From Caldisericum sp. (GTDB lineage Bacteria; Caldisericota; Caldisericia; Caldisericales; Caldisericaceae), in the NCBI GenBank assembly GCA_022759145.1, contig JAEMPV010000048.1:4263-68262 (forward strand): a stretch of 64,000 bases of DNA, given 5' to 3'. The notes under the pieces are model-generated. The model was not told the DNA's origin, did no database searches, and saw only the letters and a program-made list of their open reading frames with translations. Below, in pieces: positions 53,342-64,000 of the stretch. The first letter of the stretch is position 1; each line of letters starts with the position of its first letter. The position numbers and the translations under genes are program-made.

Positions 53342-54562
53342 ATGGAAGAAATGATTGAAAGGTTTATAAAGTATGCTAAAGTGAACACACAATCAAAAGA
53401 GGACTCTGAAACTTTTCCAAGCACAGAAGGGCAAATTGAGCTTGCGAAAATAATTAAGGAAGACCTTGAAAAAATAGGTATTCAGGCAACTTTAAGCGAA
53501 TTTGGTTATGTGTATGCCTACATTCCTGCAAATGTTGAGCGCGCTATTCCTAAAGTTGGATTCCTTGCTCATATGGACACATCTCCAGAAGTAAGCGGTG
53601 AAAATGTAAACCCAAGAATTGTTGAGAATTACGATGGCAACGATATTCTTCTGAATAAAGAAAAAAATATTGTTCTTTCAAAAGAAAAATTTCCTGTTCT
53701 TAAAGAATTTGTTGGGCATGATCTAATTGTTACTGATGGAACAACCTTGCTTGGAGCAGATGACAAAGCAGGAGTTGTAGAAATAATACAGGCAATAAAA
53801 GAAATAATCGAAGGAAACTTACCTCATGGTGATATCTATATAGCATTTACACCTGACGAAGAAGTAGGAAGAGGTGTTGATAAGATTGACCTATCCGCTT
53901 TTAAACCCGACTTTGCATATACGCTTGACGGTGAAGGATACGGTTTGTTCGAGTTCGAGAACTTCAATGCGGCGTCCTTAAGATACAAGATCCACGGTAT
54001 TAATACACATCCTGGAACTGCTAAAGGCGCAATGAAAAATGCTATTAAGATTGCCCAAGAATTGATGTTCCTCTTCCCTCCACTTGAGACTCCAGAAGCA
54101 ACCTCAGGATACGAAGGCTTTTATCACTTCTATGAGATAAACGGAGGCGTAGAAGAGGTGAATTTAAAGGCTATAATAAGGGATCACGATAAGAATAAGT
54201 TCCAAACAAGAAAGTACTTTGCTGAAAACATTGCGAATTTCATAAATGATAAATATGGCGAAGGAACTGTTTCAATTGAAATTAAAGACCAGTACTATAA
54301 TATGAGAGAGATAATTGAAAAGAACCCACAGATTGTAGATATTGCAAAAAAAGCATTCGAAATGTCTGGAATTGAATTCAAAACAAAACCAATTCGTGGT
54401 GGTACAGATGGTGCAAGGCTAACATATATGGGAATTCCTACACCAAATATTTTCTCAGGTGGATATAACTATCATAGCATATACGAGTTTGTTTCTATCC
54501 AGGCAATGGAGAAAGCGAAGGAAGTAGTTAAAAACATTATTAAAATTCTTGTCGAATCCTAA
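53342..54562 (+). CDS. pepT: Peptidase T (M20B tripeptide aminopeptidase)
   Basis: RFIKYAKVNTQS, AHMDT, GADDKAG, PDEEVG and GGTDG motifs. Confidence 0.9.
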   Translation: MEEMIERFIKYAKVNTQSKEDSETFPSTEGQIELAKIIKEDLEKIGIQATLSEFGYVYAYIPANVERAIPKVGFLAHMDTSPEVSGENVNPRIVENYDGNDILLNKEKNIVLSKEKFPVLKEFVGHDLIVTDGTTLLGADDKAGVVEIIQAIKEIIEGNLPHGDIYIAFTPDEEVGRGVDKIDLSAFKPDFAYTLDGEGYGLFEFENFNAASLRYKIHGINTHPGTAKGAMKNAIKIAQELMFLFPPLETPEATSGYEGFYHFYEINGGVEEVNLKAIIRDHDKNKFQTRKYFAENIANFINDKYGEGTVSIEIKDQYYNMREIIEKNPQIVDIAKKAFEMSGIEFKTKPIRGGTDGARLTYMGIPTPNIFSGGYNYHSIYEFVSIQAMEKAKEVVKNIIKILVES

Positions 54563-54566
54563 TATT

Positions 54567-55745
54567 CTAAGGCTCTTCTTCTCCGCCTTCATCTTCGGGA
54601 TTCTCTTCTTCGAGAGTCCCTTCTTCTTTTTCTAATTGTTTAAGGTATTGAGAAAGTTTTCGCTTTGCTTTTGCCTCAACCTGTCTTATTCTCTCCCTTG
54701 TTACTCCAAAAATGGTACCTACTTCTTCAAGAGTATGAGGGTATTCTCCATCAAGACCCATTCTGTATTTCAGTATTTCTCTTTCACGAGGTGTGAGTTT
54801 ATTTAAAACCTTTTCTATCTGTTCTTTATAGTATTGATTTAAACTTTCTCCTTCCGGCGTAAGGTGTCTGTTATCCTCAATGAAATTCTCCAATCTGCTT
54901 TCTTCTTCATCGCCTACAGGCATTTCAAGTGAAAGTGGTTGTTGTGCAAGCCTCAAATATTTGCTTATCTTTTTTTCGGAAATGCCAGTTCTTTCTGCAA
55001 TCTCTTTATAAGTAGGCTCTCTTCCTAATTCTTGCATAAGTTCTTTTGAAGCCTTCTCAATTTTATTTATGCTATCAACCATATGAACGGGAACTCTTAT
55101 TAGTCTTGATTGATCTGCCAATGCCCTTGTGATAGCCTGTCTTATCCACCAGGTTGCATATGTTGAAAACCTAAATCCTTTTCTGTAGTCAAACTTCTCT
55201 GCCGCACGAATAAGTCCGAGGTTTCCTTCTTGGATAAGATCAAGGAACGAAAGACCATGTCCTGTGTAGCGCTTTGCAATACTTACTACAAGCCTTAAGT
55301 TTGCTCTCAATAGTTTTTCTTTTGCCCATTTCTTTTCTTCTTCTGTTCCGTGTGCTATCTTTTTTGCAAGTTCCATTTCTTCTTCTGGGGTTAAAAGGTC
55401 AACAGATCCAATTGTTGCAAGATAAGATTGTATTGGATTTTTAAGCTCTGTAATTTCTACCTCTTCTACTGCTTTTCTGCTTAGTTTTCCTTTGATCTTT
55501 TCAAGTCTTTCTTTGTCTCCAAATTTAACCTTAAGTTTTTGAAGAAGTATAAACATTTCATCTATTTCGTCCTCTGTAAGTGGCATCCTTTCCAAAGCGT
55601 CTGCGATTTCCTCGTATGAGAGAAAACCAGTAACCCTACCACGTTCGATAAGTTTACGGACCACTTCTTTTTCGTCCTTGCTTAAGTCTTTCAACTTCTT
55701 AAGGTAATTTTTAATTAGTTGCAAAGAAATGTCTTTTTCTTGCAT
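54567..55745 (-). CDS. rpoD: Primary RNA polymerase sigma factor (sigma-70/SigA)
   Basis: Region 2 [18 protein letters not shown]...[10 protein letters not shown], and region 4.2 [20 protein letters not shown]. Confidence 0.95.
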   Translation of the reverse strand: MQEKDISLQLIKNYLKKLKDLSKDEKEVVRKLIERGRVTGFLSYEEIADALERMPLTEDEIDEMFILLQKLKVKFGDKERLEKIKGKLSRKAVEEVEITELKNPIQSYLATIGSVDLLTPEEEMELAKKIAHGTEEEKKWAKEKLLRANLRLVVSIAKRYTGHGLSFLDLIQEGNLGLIRAAEKFDYRKGFRFSTYATWWIRQAITRALADQSRLIRVPVHMVDSINKIEKASKELMQELGREPTYKEIAERTGISEKKISKYLRLAQQPLSLEMPVGDEEESRLENFIEDNRHLTPEGESLNQYYKEQIEKVLNKLTPREREILKYRMGLDGEYPHTLEEVGTIFGVTRERIRQVEAKAKRKLSQYLKQLEKEEGTLEEENPEDEGGEEEP

Positions 55746-55749
55746 GATC

Positions 55750-57474
55750 TCACCTTCCTTTATATTCTTTAATTAATTTGTTAAAAACTTTTATTTTTTC
55801 AAGTTTTTCTTCTCCGTCAAGCATTTGAATCTCATTGTATAATTCGTCTAGTTTTTGCTCGTAATCTTTTATATCCTTATACGACTCAATGTGCTCCCTC
55901 ACTGATTCGTCTCTTGCAAGATACTCGTCCTTAAAATATAATTCTACCGCTTTATTATATGTTTCAGTGTCGAGTTCTAACCAATTTGCTGGATTTGGGT
56001 TAATACCTCTATCTAAGTCTTCCAGGGCTTTTAGCACAATTTTTTTATACGGTTCCTCAAAATCTGAAACAGGACAGAGTTTTAGAATGTCTTCAGTTAA
56101 AGGGCTTCCCTGTAGTATAGCCTGCGCAAAAACTTCCTGGATTTGAAGAATTTTGTTCTTAAGTTTCGGGGTAAGACTTAGCAAGTCTTTTTTTGAGCTA
56201 TCTTTCGATTTTGTTGTATATTTATTATATGCATCAATTAAAAATCTCTCTTCAATCTTGGTTTTGAGAGAAATAATTTTTAGATATTCGTAAACGAGAG
56301 TCTTACTCTCAATTTTAGAAACAGTTTCAATGACTTTCTGTATAGCAGCATTTTTGGAAGCAAGAGTTCCATCTGTTTTTGATAATTCAAAATCGAGGAT
56401 AAATAGGACAGGGTCTTTTGCACTCTTAAGCATTTCTATAACTGCATCTTTTCCATATTTAAGAATAATTTCATCTGGGTCAAGATTACTATTGCTTGTG
56501 ATTACAAGGGGAGTTAATTCAACTTTGTTGCAAATTTCAACTGCCCTTTCTGCTCCGCTTCTTCCTCCAAGGTCATTATCGAAGAAGAAATATATTTTGG
56601 AAGCAAATCTTTTTAAAAGACGAGCATGTTGTTCTGTAAAGGATGTTCCCATTGTAGAAACGACATTTTTTATTCCGTTTTCAAATAAGGCAATTGCATC
56701 AAAATAACCTTCCACTACTATCGCTTCTTTAGTCTCTCTTATATACTCCTTTGACAAATTCATTAGGTAAAGTACTTCGCCCTTTTTAAAGATAGGTGAG
56801 TCAATTGAGTTTAGATATTTTGGTTCTTGACCTGAAAAACTTCTTCCGCTAAAACCGACAACTTTTCCGCTGAGGTCAAAAATTGGTATCATTATTCTAT
56901 TGTAGAAATAAGAGACTACATTGCCTGCATTGTCAATTCTAAAATTCCCAGTTCTGAGTATGTCTTCCTTTTTGAATCCTTTTGAAAGGAGGTGATGAAA
57001 GATCTCTCTATTGTCCTCTCCTATAAAACCGATTTGGTGGGTTTTTATGCTTTCTTCTGTAAGTCCGCGCTTTAAGAGATATTCGTAAGGTAAGCCTTTC
57101 AGATGTTCGACAAAATAATTTTTAATTTCTTCGTTAATTTCAAGAAGAATGTCTCTGTCAATATTATCTTTAGGGATAAACTCAGGAACCTCAATGCCTG
57201 CTTCTTTAGCAAGTTGATTAATAGCGTCCTTAAAAGTAAGGTTTTCAATCCTCATAAGAAATGTAACGATGTCGCCGCTTGCACCACAGCCAAAACAGTG
57301 ATAGAGTTGTTTTGAAGGGCTTACAGTAAAAGAAGGCGTCTTTTCTTGATGAAACGGACACAAACCAACATAGTTTGAGCCCTGTTTTTTAAGTTTAACA
57401 TATCTACCAATAAATTCAACAATATCAATTTTATTATGAATTTCTTCTACAACTTCCCTAAGGTCTTTCATCAA
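55750..57474 (-). CDS. dnaG: DNA primase
   Basis: Zinc ribbon [11 protein letters not shown]...CFGCG, RNA-polymerase core, TOPRIM VVEGYFD...DND.GG. Confidence 0.93.
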   Translation of the reverse strand: MMKDLREVVEEIHNKIDIVEFIGRYVKLKKQGSNYVGLCPFHQEKTPSFTVSPSKQLYHCFGCGASGDIVTFLMRIENLTFKDAINQLAKEAGIEVPEFIPKDNIDRDILLEINEEIKNYFVEHLKGLPYEYLLKRGLTEESIKTHQIGFIGEDNREIFHHLLSKGFKKEDILRTGNFRIDNAGNVVSYFYNRIMIPIFDLSGKVVGFSGRSFSGQEPKYLNSIDSPIFKKGEVLYLMNLSKEYIRETKEAIVVEGYFDAIALFENGIKNVVSTMGTSFTEQHARLLKRFASKIYFFFDNDLGGRSGAERAVEICNKVELTPLVITSNSNLDPDEIILKYGKDAVIEMLKSAKDPVLFILDFELSKTDGTLASKNAAIQKVIETVSKIESKTLVYEYLKIISLKTKIEERFLIDAYNKYTTKSKDSSKKDLLSLTPKLKNKILQIQEVFAQAILQGSPLTEDILKLCPVSDFEEPYKKIVLKALEDLDRGINPNPANWLELDTETYNKAVELYFKDEYLARDESVREHIESYKDIKDYEQKLDELYNEIQMLDGEEKLEKIKVFNKLIKEYKGR

Positions 57475-57538
57475 ATATAAATACGGGAAATAGGGTATAA
57501 TTTCCTTTTAAAAAATTTTTGATTTTGAGAAAAATTTT

Positions 57539-58642
57539 CTATGATATTGGATTGGGAAACATAATACTTTGGACTAATTCGATTGCAAATCGATCGGTCA
57601 TAGAGGATATATAGTCAGCAATGACTCGAACTTGCTCTCTTTTATTTTCTTTTAAATAGCTAACCGGATCTTTTGTTTGCAAAATAATAGGATGGGAGTA
57701 CAGATAATCTTTTATTTTCTGTATATTCTCCATATAATAATCAAATAGAAAACTTATTATTATCTTTACTTTTTCCTCCTCTTTCTTTGGCTCTGAACCT
57801 ACATACACTTTCTCAGTAAGGAAGTTTTTCCACTCGTCCATTGCCTTTTCGACTTCCTCGGAAATAGTTATTCTTTTTTTGTTTCTGCTCTCTTCTATAA
57901 CATTTAGAATGAGAGTCGAGAGCCTTTTACTATTATTATCTCCAAGAATATTTTTAACGAACTTTGGCACATCATTTTCTTTTACAATTTTAGCACGTAT
58001 TGCGTCATCAAGGTCATGGTGAAGATATGCAATTCTATCAGAAAGCCTTACCACTTGTCCTTCAAGTGTTGACGGGAGTGCATCTGTCGAAAAGTCTTTT
58101 AAGTCTTTCAGTCCTTTGCTATGTTTAGCTATTCCTTCTCGAACCTCATAAGTAAGATTTAATCCAAAAACTTCGTTACCGTCAGATCTTGTTCGCTTTT
58201 CAAGTAAATCTACAACTCTTAAGCTCTGTTCCGTATGAACAAATTGCATGTCAGAGAAATATTCTTTTACCTTATTGTTTAAAGCCTCTTCTCCTGCATG
58301 TCCGAATGGTGAATGTCCAAGGTCATGTCCTACTGCTATCGCTTCTGTTAAATCAGGATTAAGTCGGAGGGATCGAGAGATGGATCTTGAAATGGCCATT
58401 ACTTCAAGAGTATGTGTGAGTCGATTCCTATAATGGTCTCCTTTTGGGGCTATAAAGACCTGTGTTTTATATTGAAGTCGTCTAAACGCTTTAGAGTAAA
58501 TTATCCTATCAACATCCCTTTGAAAATCTGTTCTATAAGGATCTTTTTCTTCGGGGACTGCTCTCCCCTTTGAGTTTTTACTTAGAGTTGCAAGTGGGGA
58601 GAGCAGTCTTTCTTCTAATTCTTCGTATTCTTCCCTAATCAC
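57539..58642 (-). CDS. dGTPase-like HD-domain triphosphohydrolase
   Basis: RTDFQRDVDRIIYS, RLTHTLEV and GHDLGHSPFGH motifs. Confidence 0.85.
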   Translation of the reverse strand: MIREEYEELEERLLSPLATLSKNSKGRAVPEEKDPYRTDFQRDVDRIIYSKAFRRLQYKTQVFIAPKGDHYRNRLTHTLEVMAISRSISRSLRLNPDLTEAIAVGHDLGHSPFGHAGEEALNNKVKEYFSDMQFVHTEQSLRVVDLLEKRTRSDGNEVFGLNLTYEVREGIAKHSKGLKDLKDFSTDALPSTLEGQVVRLSDRIAYLHHDLDDAIRAKIVKENDVPKFVKNILGDNNSKRLSTLILNVIEESRNKKRITISEEVEKAMDEWKNFLTEKVYVGSEPKKEEEKVKIIISFLFDYYMENIQKIKDYLYSHPIILQTKDPVSYLKENKREQVRVIADYISSMTDRFAIELVQSIMFPNPIS

Positions 58643-61299
58643 TTATCGATAAAAACGGATTTCCCTTTTTCTTTAACTGCAACCTGTGCTGCTGCGAGTC
58701 TTGCGATAGGTACTCTGAAAGGTGAGCAACTTACATAATCAAGTCCTGCGTAGTGGAAGAATTCAATAGATTCTGGATCACCACCGTGTTCTCCACAAAC
58801 TCCAATTTCAAGTGATGGATTTGTATGTCTTCCTAAAACAACACCAATACGAACAAGTTTTCCAACACCATCTCTATCTATTGTCATAAATGGGTCTTTT
58901 TCAAGGATTTTATGTTCAAGGTAGTATGGCAAGAATGTTCCTTCTGCATCGTCTCTACTGTAGGCAAAAGTTGTCTGCGTTAAGTCATTAGTCCCGTATG
59001 AGAAGAAATCAGCATATTGTGCGATTTGGTCAGCTGTTAAGGCTGCTCTTGGAACTTCAACCATTGTCCCGATCTCTATCTTTGTATTTAACCCTGCTTC
59101 GGCAAGCTTTTCTTTTACTATCTTTTCTACTTTTTCACGAAGAATTTTCATTTCATTTACATGTCCAATTAGAGGAAGCATAATTTTTGGTTTTGGATCA
59201 AAACCTTCCTTTTTTAGTTGAATTGCGGCATCGACAATTGCCTGTGTTTGCATTTCATAGATTTCTGGGAAAATTATACCAACCCTACAACCTCTGAAAC
59301 CAATCATCGGGTTAAACTCTGCAAGTTCTTTTGACCTCTTTAATTGTCTTTCTTTTTTCTTAAGGAGTTCTGGGTCTCCATTTGTTTGTCTCAATTCTTC
59401 GATTTCTTTCTCAAGTCTTTCTCTTTGAGGTAAGAACTCGTGCAACGGAGGATCAAGAAGCCTTATAATTACTGGATACCCGTCCATTTCTTTAAGAATT
59501 TCATAGAAGTCTTTCTTTTGAAGTGGCTCAAGTTTACTTAAGTGTTCTCTACGCTCCTCTGGTGTTTCTGCAATAATCATATCCTGCATTATAGGAAGTC
59601 TGTCTGGTTGAAGGAACATTCTTTCAGTTCTACAGAGTCCGACTCCCTCTGCTCCATAATATCTTGCTCTTCTTGCTTCTTCGGGGGTATTTGCGTTTGC
59701 TTTTACTCCAAGTTTTCTTAACTCATCAGCCATCTTTAAGAATTCTTCGAACTCACCGCTTAATTCTGGCTCAACCATAGGTACTTCGCCAAGAATAACA
59801 TTTCCTGTTGTTCCGTCAATAGTTATAATATCATTTTCTTTTACGGTAACTCCATTTACTGTGAATAACTTGTTTTCAAGGTCAAGTTTTATTGACTCTG
59901 CACCGACGATACATGGAATACCCATTCCTCTTGCAACGACTGCTGCATGAGCGGTCATTCCTCCACGAGTTGTAAGAATGCCCTGTGAGTGCGCCATTCC
60001 TTCCAAGTCTTCTGGAGTTGTCTCAGGTCTTACCAGGATTACTGGCTCACCCTTCTTACCTCTTTCGGCAGCTTCTTTTACATCAAATACAACTTTACCA
60101 GAGGCAGCACCTGGGGATGCAGGCAAACCTTTTGCAATAACCTTTACTTCTGCCTTTGGATCTATCATCTTATGTAGTAACTGGTCAATTTGGTCAGTTG
60201 AAACTCTTAAGATTGCTTCTTCTTTTGTTATGAGTCCTTCCTTTACCATGTCAACTGCAATTTTTACGGCAGCACGCGCAGTTCTCTTGCCTGAACGAGT
60301 CTGAAGCATGTAGAGCTTCCCTTTTTCGATCGTGAACTCCATGTCTTGCATGTCTCTATAGTGATGCTCAAGAATATCTGCTACTCTTAGAAGTTCTTGA
60401 TAGGTTTGGGGCATTTCATTTGCAAGTTCGTCTATCTGTTTTGGCGTTCTAATTCCTGCAACAACATCTTCTCCCTGTGCGTTTACAAGATACTCGCCGT
60501 AAAGTTTTTTCTCACCAGTAGAGGGATTCCTTGTGAAGGCAACTCCAGTTGCTGAATCGTTGCCCATATTGCCGAAGACCATCATAACGATATTTACAGC
60601 TGTACCTAAATCATCTGGAATCTTATTAAGCATTCTATAAGTAATAGCTCTTGGATTGTTCCATGATTTGAAAACTGCTTCTATTGCAAGGAACAACTGC
60701 TCCATTGGATCCTGAGGGAAATCTTTTCCAGTATGTTCTTTATAGAGCTTCTTGTAATCTGCTATTACTTCTTTTAGAACATCCTCTGTAAGTTCCACAT
60801 CTGAAGTAAATCCGTGTTTTTCTTTGTGTGCCGAAAGGATCTTCTCGAACTCCTCATGCGGAACACCCATTACAACATCACCAAACATCTGAATGAACCT
60901 TCTGTAACTATCATAAGCAAATCTACCATTCTGGGTAAGCTTCTTTAATCCTTCAACCGCCTCGTCATTAAGCCCAAGGTTAAGAATTGTGTCCATCATT
61001 CCTGGCATAGAAACGGGTGCTCCAGATCTAACTGAGACAAGAAGAGGATTCTCGGGATCTCCAAATTTCTTTCCGGTTTTTTGTTCAAGTTTTCTTAGGT
61101 GCTCTAGTACTTCTTGCTTAATCTCCTCGCTTATGTAGCCTTTCTTCTGATAGTCTTTGCAAGCTTCTGTTGTAATTGTAAAACCTGGTGGAACAGGAAG
61201 TCCAATTCTTGTCATTTCAGCAAGTCCTGCTCCTTTACCGCCAAGAAGGTTTCGCATTTTTTCGCTACCTTCTTCAAAATCATAAACCCATTTTGCCAT
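58639..61299 (-). CDS. ppdK: Pyruvate, phosphate dikinase
   Basis: N-terminal ATP-grasp (LGGKGAGLAEM), phosphohistidine swivel RGGMTAHAAVVARG, C-terminal PEP-utilising TIM barrel (FFSYGTNDLTQ). Start at ATG 61299 (MAKWVYDF); the ATG at 61311 lies within the SD GGAGG. Confidence 0.95.
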   Translation of the reverse strand: MAKWVYDFEEGSEKMRNLLGGKGAGLAEMTRIGLPVPPGFTITTEACKDYQKKGYISEEIKQEVLEHLRKLEQKTGKKFGDPENPLLVSVRSGAPVSMPGMMDTILNLGLNDEAVEGLKKLTQNGRFAYDSYRRFIQMFGDVVMGVPHEEFEKILSAHKEKHGFTSDVELTEDVLKEVIADYKKLYKEHTGKDFPQDPMEQLFLAIEAVFKSWNNPRAITYRMLNKIPDDLGTAVNIVMMVFGNMGNDSATGVAFTRNPSTGEKKLYGEYLVNAQGEDVVAGIRTPKQIDELANEMPQTYQELLRVADILEHHYRDMQDMEFTIEKGKLYMLQTRSGKRTARAAVKIAVDMVKEGLITKEEAILRVSTDQIDQLLHKMIDPKAEVKVIAKGLPASPGAASGKVVFDVKEAAERGKKGEPVILVRPETTPEDLEGMAHSQGILTTRGGMTAHAAVVARGMGIPCIVGAESIKLDLENKLFTVNGVTVKENDIITIDGTTGNVILGEVPMVEPELSGEFEEFLKMADELRKLGVKANANTPEEARRARYYGAEGVGLCRTERMFLQPDRLPIMQDMIIAETPEERREHLSKLEPLQKKDFYEILKEMDGYPVIIRLLDPPLHEFLPQRERLEKEIEELRQTNGDPELLKKKERQLKRSKELAEFNPMIGFRGCRVGIIFPEIYEMQTQAIVDAAIQLKKEGFDPKPKIMLPLIGHVNEMKILREKVEKIVKEKLAEAGLNTKIEIGTMVEVPRAALTADQIAQYADFFSYGTNDLTQTTFAYSRDDAEGTFLPYYLEHKILEKDPFMTIDRDGVGKLVRIGVVLGRHTNPSLEIGVCGEHGGDPESIEFFHYAGLDYVSCSPFRVPIARLAAAQVAVKEKGKSVFIDK

Positions 61300-61344
61300 A
61301 ATTACCTCCATTACTAAAATTTTTTCTAATCTTTATATTTTACC

Positions 61345-61353
61345 ATAAATAAG
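61345..61353 (-). promoter_or_regulatory. Extended -10 (TGgTAAAAT) upstream of ppdK
   Basis: The minus strand reads TGGTAAAAT across 61353..61345, between the glyS stop and the ppdK SD. Confidence 0.35.
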
Positions 61354-61362
61354 CTGAATGTG

Positions 61363-63444
61363 TTATTTTTCTATCACAACTTCAGAAAACATTGCAAAAC
61401 TCTCAAAGACCTGCAGTACATTTGAAAGTAGTGCAAGTCTGTTGTTTCTTATTTTTTCATCTTTATCCATTACAAGAACATGATCAAAAAACTTATTAAC
61501 TGCCGGAACATATAGATATAGAAGATGGATTATTGCATCGTAATCACCGTTTTTAATAAGTTCTGAAATCAGCTTTTCACTTTCCTTTGTTACTTCGAAT
61601 AATTCCTTTTCCTCTTTCTCGATCAACAGATCCGGAACGATCAAACTACTATTTAAACTCGCTTTTTGTAAAATGTTTCGTATTCTTTTATGTGCAATAA
61701 CAATTTCCTTGAACTTTTCATCATCTTTATACTTTTCAAGCGTTTTTGCCCTTTCAAGGAATGTAGGAAGGAAATCTATAGGAAGTTCAGTAACAGCATT
61801 TGCACTATCATAACTTATGTTATTAGACCTAATAAAGTAGTTTGCTCTTTCCTTTAAAAGGTTTACTACTTCTTTTGAAATCTCCGTTTTCTCTTTATCT
61901 AATTCTTTAAGGCTCGCAATAAATTCAATAAGTTTTGTGATAGGGAATTCTTTTTGTTCAAGAGACATAACAACCTGAACTATAGAAAGTGCGCTCCTTC
62001 TTAGTCCAAGCGGATCTTTTGAACTTGTAAACTCGATTCCTTTCCCAATACTTAAAACAAGCGTATCCAATTTATCTATGATACTTAAGTATTTTCCAAG
62101 AGTACTCTTTGGAAGGTCATCTCCCGCAAATCTTGGTAAGTATTGTTCGGCTATTGCCTGCGAGATTTCATCTTCTAAACCTTCCAGTTTTGCGTAAATG
62201 CCACCCATTGTTCCCTGTAGCTCTGGGAACTCCTTCACGACTTGAGTTGTTATGTCAGCCTTAGATAAGTAGGCTGCTTTTTTAAAAAGGGACGAGGTCC
62301 TATCATCGAGCGATAAAAGTCTACTTAAAAATTCTGAAATCTGAACAAGTCTCTCTGTTTTATCGTAGAGCGTTCCAAGTCCGTTAATAAAAATTATATC
62401 TTTTAGTTTTTCTACTCTTGATTCAAGTTTTTCTTTTTTATCTTCTTCAAAGAAGAAGGCACCATCATAGAGCCTTGCAGTTGCAACCTTTTCATAGCCT
62501 TTTTTAACGTTTTCAATAAAGTCTGAGATTCCGTTTCTCACTCCTATAAAATACGGCATTACTTTGCTTGAATCTTTCGAGAAAACAGGAAAAGATTTTA
62601 GATGATCTTTTATAACACTTTCTACAATACAGTCGGGTATATTAAAGTTCAAAAGATTAAGTTCACAAAGAAATGGCGTTGGAAATTCAGTTAAATTAAC
62701 AACTTCCTCTAAAAACTCAGGTTCATACTTTACACGTCCAGAAACCGATGAAGCAAGTTTTTTTAGTTCTTTTTCGACAATATTTTTTCTCTCTTCAAAT
62801 TCAAGAATGACATAACGTTCTCTTAATTTTTTAAAATAATCAATCGGGCTATCACAAATAAATTCAATAGGAGAGTCAAAATAAAATCCATATGACTTGT
62901 TTGAAGATTTGATACCAGCATATTCTATATCAACTATATCGTTACCAAAAAGCGAAAGCAAACTTCTAATGGGGCGAATGAAAACAACATTTGACTCATT
63001 CCATCTCATACCGCGGGGAAAGTTAAGATTTTTAAGAGCAAATTGCGCAACTTCCTTTAGAATTTCGACTGCAGACCTTCCTGAGATCTTCTTGTATCCG
63101 AATATGTATTTATTCCCTTTAATTTCCTTTGTCTCAATATCTTGATAAGTTAGTCCATTATTTTCAATAAACTTCTTTAATGCCTCTGTTTCTTTTCCTT
63201 CCTCGTCATATGCAATCTTATAAGGTGGGCCTTTAATTTCGTTTATGCTATCTTCTTCTTTTTCGTTAACATCCCTTATATAAAGAACGAGCCTTCTCGG
63301 TGTTCCGTATGTTAAAATTTCGCCATGCTGAAGTTTGTATTCGGACAACTTCTTTGTAGAAAGTTCCCTTAATTGAAAGGCAAGGTCGTTTATAAGCCTT
63401 GCTGGCATCTCCTCTGTATAAACCTCAAATAGAAAATCTCTCAT
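61363..63444 (-). CDS. glyS: Glycine--tRNA ligase beta subunit
   Basis: N-terminus MRDFLFEVYTEEMPAR is typical of GlyS. About 693 aa. The ATG at 63444 lies 1 nt after the glyQ stop (TAAcATG) and is preceded by GAGAGGG. Confidence 0.93.
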   Translation of the reverse strand: MRDFLFEVYTEEMPARLINDLAFQLRELSTKKLSEYKLQHGEILTYGTPRRLVLYIRDVNEKEEDSINEIKGPPYKIAYDEEGKETEALKKFIENNGLTYQDIETKEIKGNKYIFGYKKISGRSAVEILKEVAQFALKNLNFPRGMRWNESNVVFIRPIRSLLSLFGNDIVDIEYAGIKSSNKSYGFYFDSPIEFICDSPIDYFKKLRERYVILEFEERKNIVEKELKKLASSVSGRVKYEPEFLEEVVNLTEFPTPFLCELNLLNFNIPDCIVESVIKDHLKSFPVFSKDSSKVMPYFIGVRNGISDFIENVKKGYEKVATARLYDGAFFFEEDKKEKLESRVEKLKDIIFINGLGTLYDKTERLVQISEFLSRLLSLDDRTSSLFKKAAYLSKADITTQVVKEFPELQGTMGGIYAKLEGLEDEISQAIAEQYLPRFAGDDLPKSTLGKYLSIIDKLDTLVLSIGKGIEFTSSKDPLGLRRSALSIVQVVMSLEQKEFPITKLIEFIASLKELDKEKTEISKEVVNLLKERANYFIRSNNISYDSANAVTELPIDFLPTFLERAKTLEKYKDDEKFKEIVIAHKRIRNILQKASLNSSLIVPDLLIEKEEKELFEVTKESEKLISELIKNGDYDAIIHLLYLYVPAVNKFFDHVLVMDKDEKIRNNRLALLSNVLQVFESFAMFSEVVIEK

Positions 63445-63445
63445 G

Positions 63446-64000
63446 TTATCCCTCTCTTTCCAAAACAATTTTAGCAGAAAGTTCGGCAAGATTTCTCATT
63501 CTTCCAATCATATTCTGTCTTTCGTTTACGCTTATTACACCGCGTGCATCAAGTAGGTTAAAAGTGTGAGAGCACTTAAGAAGATACATATATCCAGGCA
63601 TAAGAACGCCCTTCTCCAAAATCCTCTTTGCCTCACTCTCGTATTTATCAAAAAGTTCAAAGAGGAGTTTGGGATCACTTTCATCAAATGCATAAATGCA
63701 TTCCTCTCGCTCTTCGTTTTTCCTTAGTTCACCATATGTTGTTGTTTCGTTCCATTGAATATCAAATATGTTATCCTTATCTTGCAAAAACATCGCAAGC
63801 CTTTCAAGTCCATATGTTATTTCTACGGATACCGGATCAAGCATAACTCCTGCAGCCAACTGGAAGTAAGTGAATTGAGTGATTTCAAGTCCATCGAGCC
63901 TTACTTCCCAGCCAACACCTTGAGCGCCAAGAACAGCAGTTTCCCAGTTGTCTTCAAGGAATTTAATTTCGTGTTTAGCGAGTTTTAAGCCGAGATATTT
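63446..64000 (-). CDS. glyQ: Glycine--tRNA ligase alpha subunit; 5' end outside the window
   Basis: The frame stays open to 64000, beyond the ORF-track Met at 63859. WEVRLDGLEITQFTYFQLAAGV...VEITYGLERLAMFLQ is the conserved GlyQ core. Confidence 0.9.
   Translation of the reverse strand, partial: KYLGLKLAKHEIKFLEDNWETAVLGAQGVGWEVRLDGLEITQFTYFQLAAGVMLDPVSVEITYGLERLAMFLQDKDNIFDIQWNETTTYGELRKNEEREECIYAFDESDPKLLFELFDKYESEAKRILEKGVLMPGYMYLLKCSHTFNLLDARGVISVNERQNMIGRMRNLAELSAKIVLEREG

Noticed and set aside
57483-57503. Hairpin GGAAAT-8 nt-ATTTCC (minus strand) between dgt and dnaG, as a terminator or attenuator
   Set aside because: The stem is only 6 bp and mostly A/T, and it is not followed by a clean U-run. 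This is indistinguishable from chance in AT-rich DNA.
1-64000. Scan for CRISPR repeats, rRNA, transposase or integrase genes, prophage modules, toxin-antitoxin pairs and restriction-modification genes
   Set aside because: None was recognised by eye. Intergenic DNA totals only about 1.5 kb, and no direct repeat arrays or mobile-element proteins are present. A sensitive computational repeat search was not possible here.

Overview
Compact, AT-rich bacterial chromosomal segment. Coding is nearly wall-to-wall: about 62 protein genes and one tRNA-Ser, with many 4-nt ATGA start/stop overlaps. I cannot name the organism. The K/E/I-rich proteins and the glyQS-ppdK-dgt-dnaG-rpoD and phoH-pgpH-ybeY-corC-cdd orders look like a Firmicutes-like or deep-branching, probably thermophilic, anaerobe. 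Content is mostly housekeeping:
- translation: rpsB-tsf-pyrH-frr, prfA-prmC-tsaC-def-fmt, glyQS, tilS, era, ybeY
- isoprenoid and envelope: uppS-dxr-rseP-ispG, uppP
- transcription and replication: rho, rpoD, dnaG
- ftsH, nucleotide salvage and ppdK
I saw no CRISPR array, rRNA, transposase, integrase or prophage signal.
The less ordinary parts are:
1. A secreted S8 protease carrying cohesin and dockerin modules, followed by a giant NHL-propeller, cohesin and amine-oxidase-N-like protein (1039-7224).
2. An isolated KaiC-like ATPase plus HTH-partner pair, preceded by the only long non-coding stretch of the window, which holds perfect palindromes (28570-30502).
3. An orphan NurA-domain nuclease with no HerA (37059-38159).
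4. A recurring pattern in which a TATAAT box lies 5-8 nt upstream of start codons lacking a Shine-Dalgarno sequence. I count seven cases, which suggests leaderless mRNAs.
5. A tRNA-Ser placed 14 nt upstream of queD-folE2.
6. An etfBA-moeA trio welded onto a translation-factor operon.
7. A pfpI-macro-rnhA coupled triplet.
Nothing here is an unambiguous new system. The KaiC-like/HTH module and the cohesin-dockerin protease pair are the best candidates. All calls rest on reading motifs in the supplied translations and sequence; no database search was possible.
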